NCBI RefSeq assembly: GCF_023055435.1
Contig: NW_025964001.1
Span: forward strand, 14,694,001-14,758,000
DNA length: 64,000 nt
Source: Haliotis rufescens
Taxonomy: Eukaryota
Reading direction: 5' to 3'
Under the pieces are notes generated by a model. It worked only from the letters and a program-made list of their open reading frames with translations, made no database searches and was not told the origin of the DNA. A program made the position numbers and the translations under genes. Position 1 is the first letter of the stretch; the number at the start of each line of letters is the position of its first letter. Positions 25,798 to 38,381 of the stretch are shown here, piece after piece.

Positions 25798-26191
25798 CAG
25801 CTGTCAAGAAGGCCTTGCAAATAGACAATCAGTTTTCAGACTAGGGCCCTCTTTCACAAAGTGATCATGGCGCTGGAACTGCTGTAAGACTGTGAAGCGT
25901 CTTGTGCAACAGGACCTATATCGATATAATTTCACCTCAAAACATTAATTCAACACTGGAGTGGTTGGTACACTGGTGATTTAGATAATGCAACAGCTCC
26001 TGAAGACAACTCCACATTCACAAATCCACACCTTGAAGTGGCCACATTCACAAGCTGTTAATGAAGACTGGACAGACTTAGGACGCTACCCAGAAGTTGA
26101 TCTCTTGTTTTACAATGGTACAAGAACCTCTACTGAAATGCTGCATTGAAATAACAAAAGAGCTTGAAATCTGTCAGTCAATACTCTGTAC

Positions 26192-26304
26192 CTGACTGGT
26201 TCATAAGGTTGGTCGCAGATGAAATAACCTCGTCTTTGGAGCTGGATTATCTCCCCTTTCTTCAATGTTGCCAGACAAGGATCACCCAGCATCTCGGTTT
26301 CATT
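26192..26304 (-). CDS. EPRS1: EPRS exon 17 ([30 protein letters not shown])
   Basis: IIQLQRRG motif. Confidence 0.96.
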
Positions 26305-26362
26305 CTGTAGCAATAAAGGCAAGATGTGACTTATTTCTGTGTACAAAAATCATGACCAAATC

Positions 26363-26725
26363 AACAAGAGTTTGCCACTAACGTGGCTATATCCCCCGCC
26401 CCTGTTGCAAAATTTATGACATAATTAAATCTAAACAAACCCTAACCTTTTTTAACTGAGGTGGAACTTGTCATGGAAATTGTAAAAAAAAGAAGAGTTT
26501 GGAACCTAAGTCCATCTTGTTGCCATGGAAACGTAAAAAATACAAATTTCTAAAATTTCTAAATAGCAAAAGGCACCATTCAGCATGTACTTGACAGACC
26601 CGCAAAGTTTGATGAAAAAATATTGAACGGTTTCTGAGTTATGCTCCGGAAACGAAACGTGACGGACGGACGTACGGAGCCCGTTTCTATATCCCCCGCC
26701 AACTTTGTTGGGCGGGGGATAATAA
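26363..26725 (+). mobile_element. Non-autonomous Helentron/HINE-like element (related fragment at ~43404-43810)
   Basis: aacaagag start, (acgg)n microsatellite, 3' hairpin tcccccgcc…ggcggggga. Confidence 0.6.
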
Positions 26726-27203
26726 ATGTTAAGAATATCACATTCCACTATCCTGACAACAAAGCATAGTTAACTGCAAGTTATTACAAAAGGGATCGAA
26801 ATGGATCTTTTTTCAAAGTGTGCCACAAGGCACTTACGTGTAAAGATGTTTAGGTGTGCCCTTTGTGCCAATAAGAATAATACTTTCAATAATCTTCGAA
26901 AGCAGGGAAAGTTTCAAATATGAGCCAGAGAGCAGTTGTCATTTAGATAGTTTGTTGTTTAACGCTGCACTCAGCTATATGACAGCGGTCTGAAAATAAT
27001 CGAGTCTGAACCAGACAATCCAGTGATTGATGTCGTGAGCATCAAACCACGCAATTGGGATCGATGACATGAATCAACCAAGTCAGCGAGCCTGACCATT
27101 AGAAAGTTTACCACCTAGATTTTCATTGAGATTGATGTTCTTTTCAATTCCTGAATTCCAGTATTTCTGTTTTATCAATTTATGGATGTTTGAGTGTGTA
27201 TAC

Positions 27204-27356
27204 CCTGGAGTCCTTGTTGACAAAGTCCTTGAAGTCTTCCTCCTTGCCCAGCACAGGCTTGGTGATGAGGTAGTCCAGCTGTACACACACCGCCGGGATC
27301 AGTGGCGCCTTGTCCGTGACTGTCAGCCACGTGATCTTCTGGGTCTTCTTGTAGTC
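27204..27356 (-). CDS. EPRS1: EPRS exon 16 ([11 protein letters not shown]...DFVNKDSR)
   Basis: DYKKT.KITWL and LITKPVL motifs. Confidence 0.95.
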
Positions 27357-27384
27357 CTGTACAAGGCACCATGTTTTAGTTGAA

Positions 27385-28407
27385 CTTGGCATAACGGACA
27401 ATATACACTTGGCATAACGGACAATATACACTTGGCATAACGGACAATATACACTTGGTATATTGGACTATACACTTGATATAATGGACTATACACTTGG
27501 TATAATAGACTATACACTTGATATAATGGACTATACACTTGGTATATTGGACTATACACTTGGTATAATGGACTATACACTTGGCATAACGGACAATATA
27601 CACTTGGTATAAAAGACTATACACTTGGCATAACTGACTTCTATTATATTAAGTTTTAAGTGAGTGAGTGAGTGAGTATGGTTTTACGCGTCTTTTAGCG
27701 ATATTCCAGCAACATCACGGCGGGGGACACCAGAAATGGGCTTCACACATTGTACCCATGTCTGGAATCGAACCCTAGTCTTCAGCGTGACGAGCGAATG
27801 CTTTAACCACTAGGCTACCCGACCGCCCCATTAAGTTTTAAGAGTGAGTGCATGAATGTAGAAGGCAACATTGTCACTCACATCTGGGGATGTTTCAGTT
27901 GAACAACAGACAGTATATACTTGGGGTAGCGCACAATATACGCTTGGTATAATGGACTATACACTTGGTATAATGGACTATACACTTGGTATAATGGACT
28001 ATACGCTTGGTATAATGGACTATACACTTCGTATTATGGACTTTACACTTGGTATAATGGACTATACACTTGGTATAATGGACTATACGCTTGGTATAAT
28101 TGACTATACACTTGGTATAATTGACTCCTATTATATGAAGTTTTAAGACAGTATATACTTGGGGTAACGGACAATATACGCTTGGTATAATGGACTATAC
28201 ACTTGGTATAATGGACTATACACTTGGTATAATGGACTATACGCTTGGTATAATGGACTATACGCTTGGTATAATGGACTATACACTTGGTATAATGGAC
28301 TTTACACTTGGTATAATGGACTATACACTTGGTATAATGGACTATACGCTTGGTATAATTGACTATACACTTGGTATAATTGACTCCTATTATATGAAGT
28401 TTTAAGA
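27385..28407. repeat. 21-bp minisatellite (acacttggtataatggactat) in three blocks, with a SINE between blocks 1 and 2
   Basis: Direct tandem units; blocks 2 and 3 share flanks agacagtatatacttgggg...ttatatgaagttttaag. Confidence 0.92.
27659..27829 (-). mobile_element. SINE family 2
   Basis: A/B boxes; TSD attaagttttaag. Confidence 0.88.
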
Positions 28408-28896
28408 GTGACTAACTGTTGTTAGACAGCAGTGTTCCCTGTCCTAACCCCGCCAGTTTCCCCCACAGCTTGCTTCATATTCAGTGAGTATGTTAGACAC
28501 CACTTTCAGCCATCTCCTGGCAAGGTGACACCACAAAGGTTATTCACACATTGTACCCACGCATGGAATCTAACCCAGGCCTTTGGTGTGACGAGCCAGT
28601 ACTTTAACCACTAGGCTACTCTGCTGCCTTTTACTGCTCACCGCAAACACTGCTCACAGCTGTGTCAGGCTTTGTTGTGAATTCATGTGGAATATGTTTC
28701 CAAAGACTTCATGCAAATACTTGTGGTAGAAATAACCTCCAATGCTAAACATATTTCTGAATTTCATCAACTATTTTGCTTCATTAGTTGCTAGGGCATT
28801 TGCCATAATTGTGAATAAGTATTGACTGGTGACCCAGTCTCCAGGCTCTACCACAGTTACAACCCTCCATAGAGATGGGATTTCTTCCACACTTAC

Positions 28897-28951
28897 TTTG
28901 TTGTCCAGGTTGAGCTCAGCATCAACGGACACCACTTTGCCTTCACCGTCC
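28897..28951 (-). CDS. EPRS1: EPRS exon 15 (DGEGKVVSVDAELNLDNK)
   Basis: GT-AG, 55 nt restores phase 0. Confidence 0.92.
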
Positions 28952-29806
28952 CTGCCAGAGAAGAACAGAGTGAGTGAGTGAGTTTCAGAGCTAGTTAATT
29001 TTATAGTGAGTCTCATCAGAGAGTTTCATAAGAGTGGATTTCAGAGTGAGTGATTTTCAGGTTATTGGTCAGTAACTATATACATATCCCCAACATATAA
29101 GTAGAGAACTCTCAACTTATATAGACGTGTATATATACTCACTGCCAAAAGAAATGCAAACCATAGAAACAGAGAGATGTATGTATGTTAACAAAAGATG
29201 TTTCCAATGAGTACCACTTTATGACAAAACTAGCAAACAGTCAAGTGTTACCACAGTGTGCCTTTATTCTTATCATGATATGCTTTTACACGCTAATCCT
29301 GCCCCAAGACAAATGGTGCATCTCGAGTCATGGATGTCACATGTGATGTGTTCATGAGTGTCAGTTCACGCAACAGAACATTATGTTCGTTTATGTGTCG
29401 ACAAGTTAGACAATTGTCACCTTCGTTCAATATATCCAATTTTTATATTACATAATTTTGACATATTGATGAGGTTTATTAATTCCATAACTTGTTCTTG
29501 TTCTTTGGCTGAAACAATGTCCATGCAATGTCAAAGTTGAACACACTCACTCAAAATATACTGCTCAAAAGGAGTTAAGGACCACGCAATTCTTTCATAT
29601 TACTAGAGTTTATCTGTCATGCATACCCCCCGTGATATATGCTGTAATATAGCTACAAGCGGTGTAAAAGCATACTCACTCATCGTCATGGCATTACAGA
29701 TTAACTATAGTAATATGAAAGAATCAGGTGTTCCTTAACTTTTCTTGAGTACTATATTTCCAATATACCCTTGTTATGCCATCGAACAACTGTAACTAAG
29801 ACTTAC

Positions 29807-29943
29807 TTCTTGATGGCCTTGATCTTGAGATTTCCCCAGTTGATAAACGTGACAATCTCGCCTTCCTTGATGACCTGAGCATCAGCGCCCTCTATGTACA
29901 ACTTTGGGCCGTACCACACAGTCTTCATGCCAACATCCTTGTT
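29807..29943 (-). CDS. EPRS1: EPRS exon 14 (NKDVGMKTVWYGPK...VTFINWGN)
   Basis: Anticodon-binding domain motif TFINWGN. Confidence 0.95.
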
Positions 29944-30433
29944 CTGAAGATCAAAGGCAACACCAGTTGTAGACTCAAGTGAGTGAGTGAGTGAGTGTGT
30001 GAGTGAGTTGGGTTTAATGTCGCTTTTAACAGTATTCCAGTTATGTCGCGGCGCGTCAGCTTAATGTGGGAGGAAAGCCTGAAGTGACGCAGATCTCAGA
30101 TGTTTACCATTTCGGTGAAACCCACGCGCACGGGTATGGTGCTGACAAACCTTGAAACATAATCAGGGCGAACTGGGATTCAAACCCACAATCATAGGTT
30201 TCTGGCATGCCCAAGGGAGGCAACTCTGCACAGCAAAACGAGGCACCTCAGACGACTGGTCCACCCATACCCCTTGTAGATTCAAGTGAGATAGTGAAAT
30301 TTCTGTGGTTGTGCTCCAGTGTCTCTTCCTCATGAAACTACTAACACAAGTCTCTTGTTAGAAGAGCACAGAGCCTTACTGAATTTAAATGCAGTGATTC
30401 AGACATTTTCATGATTTTAACCAATTTATTTAC

Positions 30434-30604
30434 CTTAGGATGCTTGGCGACTTCCTCGGACAGATCCTTGGCTCCTGCCACAGATACGGGCACGACATCC
30501 CCCTTCTCTAGCGCTGTGAAGCGTGGGACAACTGGGTCAATGACCTTCTTATTGCAGGCCCATATCTTGTCCCACTCCATCATAACAACTGAACGAGAGG
30601 AGCC
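30434..30604 (-). CDS. EPRS1: EPRS exon 13 (GSSRSVVMMEWDKIW...VAKHPK)
   Basis: GluRS sequence; GT-AG. Confidence 0.95.
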
Positions 30605-30720
30605 CTGAAACAGGAACGATGTTTCTTCATTGTCTAACACTATTCCAGCTATATGACTGCAGCCTGTAAACAACAGCATCAGGACCAGACAATCTAGTGA
30701 CTATCATCAGCTTGATAAAC

Positions 30721-30848
30721 AACTGTCACTACTGTTTTGAACCATCCAATCACAGCAACGACGGAACGGCTTGATTCAGCAGCTTTGATCTAGCTACCAT
30801 AGAATACCACTGGTTGCCATGGGAACAGCAGTGGGATAAAAGTAGCAA
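30721..30848 (-). ncRNA. Putative box H/ACA snoRNA, family A solitary copy A5 in EPRS intron 12
   Basis: Intact boxes and stems; lone copy about 117 nt upstream of the exon 13 acceptor. Confidence 0.72.
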
Positions 30849-31664
30849 AGTTGGGACTAAACAGAAACGTAGAAAGTGTCAAAAGGGTCCAAGCAGGTGA
30901 TGCATGCTGACGCCATTTTACAACACGGTAAGCAATATTCCAGCTATATTATGGTGGCCTGGAAATAATCAAATCTGGTCTTGACAAACCAGAAACGAGT
31001 AAGGTCCATGAAATCAACCAAGGTACCGCGATCCATCAGGTTGCCTGAGCCCACTATGATACAATGATGCTAACTCCGAGCCAACCAGCCCTTTTTCCAC
31101 CCTCAGTGCCAAGTACCAGGCAGGGTAAAAACAAGAACCAACTTTAATTGTTTTTCATGATGCAGCCAGGGTATTGAACCACTGACATTCTGCTCTCGGG
31201 GCAAGCACTCCATTTTCTACCCCACAGAGGCAGGAGTGTGACTGAGTGACTTATACAGGTTGTGGGCATTTACCGATGAGGAAACCCACGAGGTTAGGGA
31301 TGAGGTTGAAAGAACAAGGATCATAATCAAGGGTGTCCTAGCTTCGGACACAAGTTGTGGTGCCGACTGGACCATAGGATTCTGCTTTTGAGTGAGTGAA
31401 AGGAGAGTCAGCTCCATCATGAAGGCTTGTCAATAACCTGACACACTGTTGGTTGGTTTGTTGTGTAACGCCGCACTCAGCAATATTCCAGCTATATGAC
31501 GTCTGTAAATAATCGGGTCTGGACCAGACAATCCAGTGATTAATATCATGAGCATCGATCCACACAATTGGGATCGATGACATGCATCAACCAAGTCAGC
31601 GAGTCTGACCACCCGATCCCGTGACACACTGTAACCCATTTCCTCCAACATTCTGTAGACTCAC

Positions 31665-31749
31665 CTGTGAGACAATAAACTGCTTCAAACCTTCAACTGT
31701 CATTCCTCTCCTCAACACGCCTCGCACTGTTGGGAAGCGTGGATCATTC
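31665..31749 (-). CDS. EPRS1: EPRS exon 12 ([28 protein letters not shown])
   Basis: DPRFPTVRG motif. Confidence 0.96.
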
Positions 31750-32039
31750 CTGGGTCAAGGAGAAACGTTCGCTATTTATCTTGTCAGCCTCAGTTACATC
31801 TCACCAGTATCACTCAAATTAATACGACAGCTTCTCAAAGGCCAATTACAGATATCCTAGCATACATGAGTTATGATATAGTAAACAGCAAAAGTATATG
31901 TCTTGATACTTTCTCCCCGCAAGGTCCTAAAAATATTTCATAACACCATTACAGCATACAGGCATGTACCTGTACATGAATCAGTGAACAATGCTCTGTG
32001 TAACAGACAACAACAAAATGGGTTTAAGTCCACCGGGAA

Positions 32040-32041
32040 TC

Positions 32042-32072
<31 letters not shown>

Positions 32073-32470
32073 GAGTCCATTTGTATGGTGCCAAACTCCA
32101 TACCAGCTCGTGTGCTCATGGCGCTTACATTATTACCCCAGTCAATGGATCAGTGAGCACTCGATTTTCATTCTAAGCTCCCTGGGGAGTATACAACCCA
32201 AGCTGCCTGTGAGGCGCTAGAAGGTTACCGTCTCATCCTACTGGGTACCCACTCACTGCTGGGTGAACAGAGGCACATTTCGAACAAAGTCACTTGCCAA
32301 AGCAGACACCACATATGGTACATGTGCTTGTGTGGGGCAGGACCGAAGCCCAAGAAACTCTCAGGAGTCAAGAACGTGGTCATCCATCCATCCACTCTCC
32401 GAGACCGACTTTGCTTAACTTCACCTGATTAGTGATCTGTGCGCTGTGCACAGGACCACGTGCCATCCAT
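32040..32470 (-). mobile_element. SINE with 5S rRNA-like segment and (tat)n tail; 3' fragment also at ~3240-3410 (+)
   Basis: gaagttaagcaaagtcggtctcggagagtggatggatggatgacc resembles the 5S internal control region. Confidence 0.7.
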
Positions 32471-32486
32471 TTCTATAAGTACCTAC

Positions 32487-32595
32487 CAGCCCTCGACGAT
32501 GCCCTCGTTGACAAACCAGGTGAGCTTCCTCTTGGACATGACAATATTCTGCAGGTTCAGTCTGCTATACTCGTAGATGTGTGGCTTCCTCAACC
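32487..32595 (-). CDS. EPRS1: EPRS exon 11 ([28 protein letters not shown])
   Basis: KMSKS-equivalent MSKR motif. Confidence 0.96.
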
Positions 32596-33294
32596 CTGTT
32601 GTAAGACACAGTTGGACAATGGTCAGTATTGGCCCAAACTCATTCAAATCAGATCTAAGTTCTCGCTACTGCGAAAATAAAGAACTGAGCACATCCCATT
32701 ACAGTTCATGTTAGAAGAACCTTTTGCAAAATTTGACCAACCAAAGAAATGACTACCAAGAAGTCGACATTAGTCAATCAGAAAGCAGCTTTCTCCAGCT
32801 AGTTTGAGACTGGTGACTCCATTTCCGACTATGAATCAAAATATAAATTTGAAACCTGAACAAACAAATTCTGGAATGTCTAATAGATGAAAACACTGTT
32901 TGGCAGTACTTCCCACTGGCTATGGAGAGTCTCTTCCATTTCAAATGTTTATACCATCGAAGCGAGAAACAGATAAACATTTTCACAGAATCAGTCACAT
33001 AGCCCATAACTGCTGTTCGGAATACCAAATTACACCGACATATTGTCTCACATGACACATTTTTCAAAGTCTAGATTGGAAATGTGCAGTGCTCCTCTTT
33101 GAAATAATCTTGTCATAAAATGCAAGATGACTTTTATTTTTTCTAGAGTAATACAAACAACAGAATATTGTAATACGCCGGACAGATACTCTCACACTCA
33201 AAAACAGTGGCTTGGGAACTTATCTAATTTTTTCAGCAGATATATTTTTCTGTTTCCACTAAATTCTAAAGCATGACAAGACACTGAAACCTAC

Positions 33295-33419
33295 CGAGCT
33301 GGTCAATGAACCAGAAATACTGGTCGTCTCGGTCATGGTACTCGGTGGTCCTCAAGGCATGGGTCACTCCCTCAACACTGTCCACCACTGGACAAGCGAA
33401 GTCGTAAGTCGGATACACC
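33295..33419 (-). CDS. EPRS1: EPRS exon 10 ([27 protein letters not shown])
   Basis: Conserved GluRS motif. Confidence 0.97.
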
Positions 33420-33823
33420 CTGGAAACAGACATTGTTGGCATACAAACCACATTCATTCAGTGAGCGAGTGAGTGAGGGAGGAGAAAAACGGCTGAAATT
33501 ATACTAGTTTTAAAACGCAGGGGCAGAATAATGTAAGAAGGTTGAATAAAGAAATGTAGGTCGAAACCAAGTACCTGTTTGGTAAAACCAATAAGCATCG
33601 GTATGAAAAACTGACGAAGTGCGGCAATTATATACCCCTTCAGAGCTGCTGTGTTTAAAAAAATCTGTAAAATGCACGTAAAAATATTAACTGTCGTTTA
33701 AATTTTCAGTCTTTTCCGGGCACTTATTATGATTATTTACAGATTAGCCTGGAAGTCGGTCGGGGAGTGCTTATTGGAGCAGGGCCCTTAATACGGGGAA
33801 TACGGTATGCCTGTCACACTTAC

Positions 33824-33995
33824 TTGTATTTAGTCCCTGTCCTGATGTGAGGCTCGTTCTTGCACCGGTAAATGGTTGGGTCCCTCATACACCCGTTGTC
33901 AGATGCCATGCTGATTTTGGCCCGGACGGCACAGCGCTGACCGCTTGGAGTGGCCTGCACCATCTCCTGCCACATGCTGAGGTTCTTGTCAACAC
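33824..33995 (-). CDS. EPRS1: EPRS exon 9 (…[21 protein letters not shown]…)
   Basis: GluRS motif [12 protein letters not shown]. Confidence 0.96.
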
Positions 33996-34075
33996 CTGGC
34001 AAAGGCAGCAACATACCATAAGGCAATTTATAGCTACGATGGATAGAATTATCACTAAACCGACGCATGTTATCA

Positions 34076-34356
34076 GAGTGAGTGAGTGAGTGAGTTGGGT
34101 TTAACGCCGCTTGTATTCAAGTTATATCACGGCGTGTCAGCTTAATGTGGGAGGAAAGCCAGAAGTGATGCAGGTCTCAGACGTTTACCACTTCGGTGAA
34201 ACCCACGAGCACGGGTATGGTGCTGACAAACCTAGAAACATAATCGGGGCGAACTGGGATTCGAACCCACAATCATAGGTTTTGGCATGCCCAAGGGCCC
34301 GCAACTCTGCACAGGGAATTGCTGCGCCTTAGACTGACTGGGCCACCAGCGCCCCC
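34076..34356 (-). mobile_element. SINE family 3, tRNA-Leu/Ser-like head, (actc)n tail (others at 4080-4345, 29978-30273, 38446-38699, 59758-60025)
   Basis: tggcccagtc..tctaaggcgc A-box region, B box GGTTCGAATCC. Confidence 0.85.
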
Positions 34357-35539
34357 ACATGTTATCAGAAATCAGCGGGCCACTGTAACTTGATAATGCC
34401 CTCATATTGCCATTATCACGCCCGTTGTTAGGTGACGTCATAGGATAGGAAGAGGTGACGTCACGTTGAATAGTGACGTCATCTGGTTTGTTCTATGACG
34501 TTTCCCTATTTGTAAAAGTGGGTCAGTGGCATTCGTGTTGATTGCAGTAAATGTTTCAAAACCGATATTGTTGTTTCTTTTTATTTGATAACAAATTCCA
34601 TCCATTTTAGCTATAATAACGGTAACGCTATTTTTCAGGGTATTATCATTTGCAGAAGCCCTCGGTCTTTTCAACTGCCCTCCTTCGTTGGGCCGTTCAT
34701 GGAAGACCTCACGCTTCTGCAAATAATAATGTCCTGAAAAATAGCGTTACCCTTATAATAGTCAGTGGGTCTAACCTGCACTGCACAGTATTTCAGATAT
34801 ATCACCTAATGATGGAGGAAAGGTCCAACTGACACAGGTAACAGAAGTGTATTAGAATACAGTACGTTTATAACGAACACACTTTAACGATCTGACAGAT
34901 ATAACAAACTGATTTTTGGTCCTGTGCATTTGTTGTATATATGTTGTATATCTGCTTATAACGAATTGTGGTTATAACCATAGTTAACTGTACTTTGGAG
35001 ACCCTGATGAGTATGGTGTTGGAAGATCAAGGATTCTATTTTATTATTGGGGTTATTCTAGAATTAGTAATCAAGAAGAGCAAAGAAAACTGGCCAAGCA
35101 GGATATTTACTAGTCCTGCACCATGACCGTGGAATATATTTATTTTATGAATTTATTTTATGAATTTTTAAAAAAATATTTTAGAAACGTATACTAAAGC
35201 AAGTCTAGCCAGCTCTAGCTACCAGTAGCTCTAAATCAGCATAGGGAAACTATTTTTTTTTTTTTTTTTTATTCGAGAAGGGTATTGTGTAATATAAGAT
35301 TTCATAGTCTTAATGTTAGTCTTAACATTAACTGAATCTAACTTAATTCAAACATGGCACTTCCCTATATGAACAACACAAGTCATTGGTGATCTGAAAG
35401 ACATTTTTCAAAAGGCCAAACATTTGAGTCAATCTTACATTTTCCAGTTTATCATGGTTATAGCGTGCATAGTGAGCCAGCTCCCCTCACTGTCCTATCC
35501 AAGCAATGCTAGGATCTTCCCAACCCATTCTGTACTCAC

Positions 35540-35732
35540 TGTTGTTTCTGTTCTTGGATTCCTTCCTCTCTTCCCTCTCCTTCTTCATTGTCTCGGGGTC
35601 GGTGTCGTCCACGTACGCCTTCTTGTCACGGATCAGCTTCTCACAGAGGCCCATCAGACGGTCGAAGTGGTCAGAGGAGTGACTGAAGATGTCGTACTTG
35701 ACCCCCAGCTTAGCCAGGTCCTCCAGAATGAC
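35540..35732 (-). CDS. EPRS1: EPRS exon 8 (VILEDLAKLGVKYD...KAYVDDT)
   Basis: GluRS sequence; cag|...|gtgagt. Confidence 0.95.
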
Positions 35733-35748
35733 CTGACAACAGTGAAAT

Positions 35749-35943
35749 TGGTTGGTTGGTTTGTTGTTTGACCGGACAGCAATATTCCAGCTATATGACG
35801 GCAGTCTGTAAATAATCAAGTCTGGACCAGACAATCCAGTGATTGAAATCATGAGCATCGATCCACGCAATTGGGATTGATGACATGCATTAACCAAGTC
35901 AGCGAGCCTGACCACCCAGTCCTGACAATCACAATCATAGTCG
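35749..35943 (-). mobile_element. SINE family 1, 5'-truncated, inserted at the exon 8 acceptor
   Basis: 17-bp TSD cctgacaacagtgaaat. Confidence 0.85.
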
Positions 35944-36636
35944 CCTGACAACAGTGAAATCACAGATAGTGTCCTCACCTTCATACAAAGAGGATTGGGG
36001 TATCACCATTTTCAACAGTATCGCAGTAGTGGACATGGTACAAAATCAGGTGAGGTGAAATTGGGGTTCACGTCACAATCAAGATTATTCCACTTATATA
36101 ATCGATGTGTGTGTGTGTTCATGAGTGTGTTCGTGAGTGTGAGTGTGAGTGTGAGGTGAGGTGAGGTGTGGAAATGGGGTTTAACACTGCGTCCAAGATT
36201 TTGGCGCTTATATAGCGATGTGCATGCATGTGTCTGTGGCTACTTGTACTAGTCCGAACTGATGCAAGTTTTATAGTGCAAGCCCACTCAAAGGCCATAC
36301 CGCAGTTTAAACATGGACACCCCACTCAGACAGTATACACACTCCAATCCCACCAGCCCTTGATTTATCACCTCAATGCTGACCACCAGCCACAGTAACA
36401 ACAAGTACCATCTGTTTACATCTTTTGGATTGGGATCAAACTACCGATCTCCCACTTTCTGGGCAGATGATCTATCCACAAGACCACAGCGGTCTGGTCC
36501 AGTGTTAGATAACTCAGATAACTTCACATATATTTCAGGGACCCTGTGACTTTGATTTAACCTTCTGTGTATGGCTGTGGTGCATTTGTGTATGTTTGTT
36601 GCCTTTGTAACCATTGGTTATTTTATTTGGTCCTAC

Positions 36637-36763
36637 CTTCTCATACTCCTCGTTCTCCTTGGCTGGGTTTGTGTCGTCAAACCTCATAATGAGTTTACCC
36701 TTGAAGGCCTCTGCGTAGTACTGGTTGAGTAGCGCTGCCTTGGCATGGCCGATATGCAGGTAC
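36637..36763 (-). CDS. EPRS1: EPRS exon 7 ([13 protein letters not shown]...RFDDTNP)
   Basis: Class I HIGH motif. Confidence 0.97.
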
Positions 36764-37137
36764 CTGAAATACAGGGGCATCTCAGTCACGTCAGTATGGG
36801 TAGCATTACAGAGTGAGCGAGCATGGTTTTACGCCGCTTTTAGCAATATCACGACAGGGGAACACCAAAATTGGGCTTCACACATTGTACCCATGTGGGG
36901 AATCGAACCCGGGTCTTCGGCGTGACAATCGAACGCTTTAACCACTAGGCTACTCAACCGCCCCTAGCAGGTACAAGAGATATCCTTTTCAGGTAAAATT
37001 ATTGTCAGGTAACAGCAACATCATTGACAGGTGATAGCAGCATCCCTATCAGATAATAGTAGCATTATTGTCAGGTACAATGCATCTCTGTCAAACAAGA
37101 CTTTACAAAACATTGAATAAGAAGTGCTTCAACGTAC

Positions 37138-37223
37138 CCACTGGCCTCTGGGGGGAATCTGACGACCACTTTCCCCATCTCTGCCCCTGGTAGGTCAACA
37201 TACTTCCCCTCGTCTTTCTTCAC
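37138..37223 (-). CDS. EPRS1: EPRS exon 6 ([24 protein letters not shown])
   Basis: GluRS start motif RFPPEASG. Confidence 0.96.
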
Positions 37224-38226
37224 CTGAAACAAAACCCATACAACAGGTACATCAGTGTTTCTTCCTCACTAAGATCAGGCTGCAAACCAACTTATTTTTT
37301 TCCTACAGTGAAGATACAGAGGACATTTTTCTCTTTCTTTTCTAAAACAAAGACAATTTGATGACAACTAACTATTTCTTGGCAGACATTCGTATCATAT
37401 CATGTTTTGTTTGTTTCTTGGTTAAGGCCGCACTAAGCATTCCAGTATTGTCAGCGGTCTGTAAATAATCGAGTCTGGACCAGACAATTCAGTAATTGAC
37501 ATCACGAGCATCGACCCCTGTATTTGGGATACAATGACATGCATCAAGCAAGTCAGCGAGCATGACCACCCAATCCTGTTAGGTGCCTCTAACGACAAGC
37601 AAAGTCACCTTTTACGGCACGCATGGGTTGCTTAAGACCTATTCAACCCCGGATCTTCATGGGTAGATGTTGATAGCAAACTCATGGAATAAGAAATCAT
37701 TTGACATTTCACTTCTTGACAACATGTCATCCTCCTGCTGAGCATCAACAGAGTATGACACTGCACACATTTTGGCCAAATAGAAAAAAAATCACTGTCA
37801 CAAAATCCCAACATCAACAGAACAAATTTTGAGAAAAAAGATTCCCGAGAAACAAATCATTTTGTTGAGAACAGTATTTCAGTTTATATCACAATGTGTC
37901 AGCTTGTTGTGGGAGGAAAGCCCGAAGTGATGCAGGTCTTCGATGTTTACCACCATACTCATGCTGCTGACTTACCTAGAAACGTAATCAGTGTGATTCT
38001 GGGATTCAGACCCATGATCATGGGATTCTGTCTACTTACAGGATGCAACTCTGCACAGCAAATGAGTAGGCCATTCATACCAAGTCTTTCAGAAATGACA
38101 ATCAATCGAACCTAGGTTTTTAAACATGATAAATGATATAAGAAAAAAGTTTTGAAATGACATCACACAATTATTGGTGATTTTCCTATTTAAAATGGAA
38201 ATACTTATCAATAGTAGTAAACTTAC

Positions 38227-38381
38227 AACACCATCTCCTCGCTTATCTCCCTTGATCTCGACCTTTGGCAGCTTGCTGACCGTGGATGCAAAGATAGCCT
38301 CTGATGACAGGAAGTTGTAGTAACGCTTGACGTGTGGAGGAGCACGCCCCTTCTCTAGCATAGAGTGCCACTGGCCGTTGG
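38227..38381 (-). CDS. EPRS1: EPRS exon 5 (…APPHVKRYYNFLSSE…)
   Basis: GT-AG boundaries, frame continuity, HVKRxxxFL motif. Confidence 0.9.
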
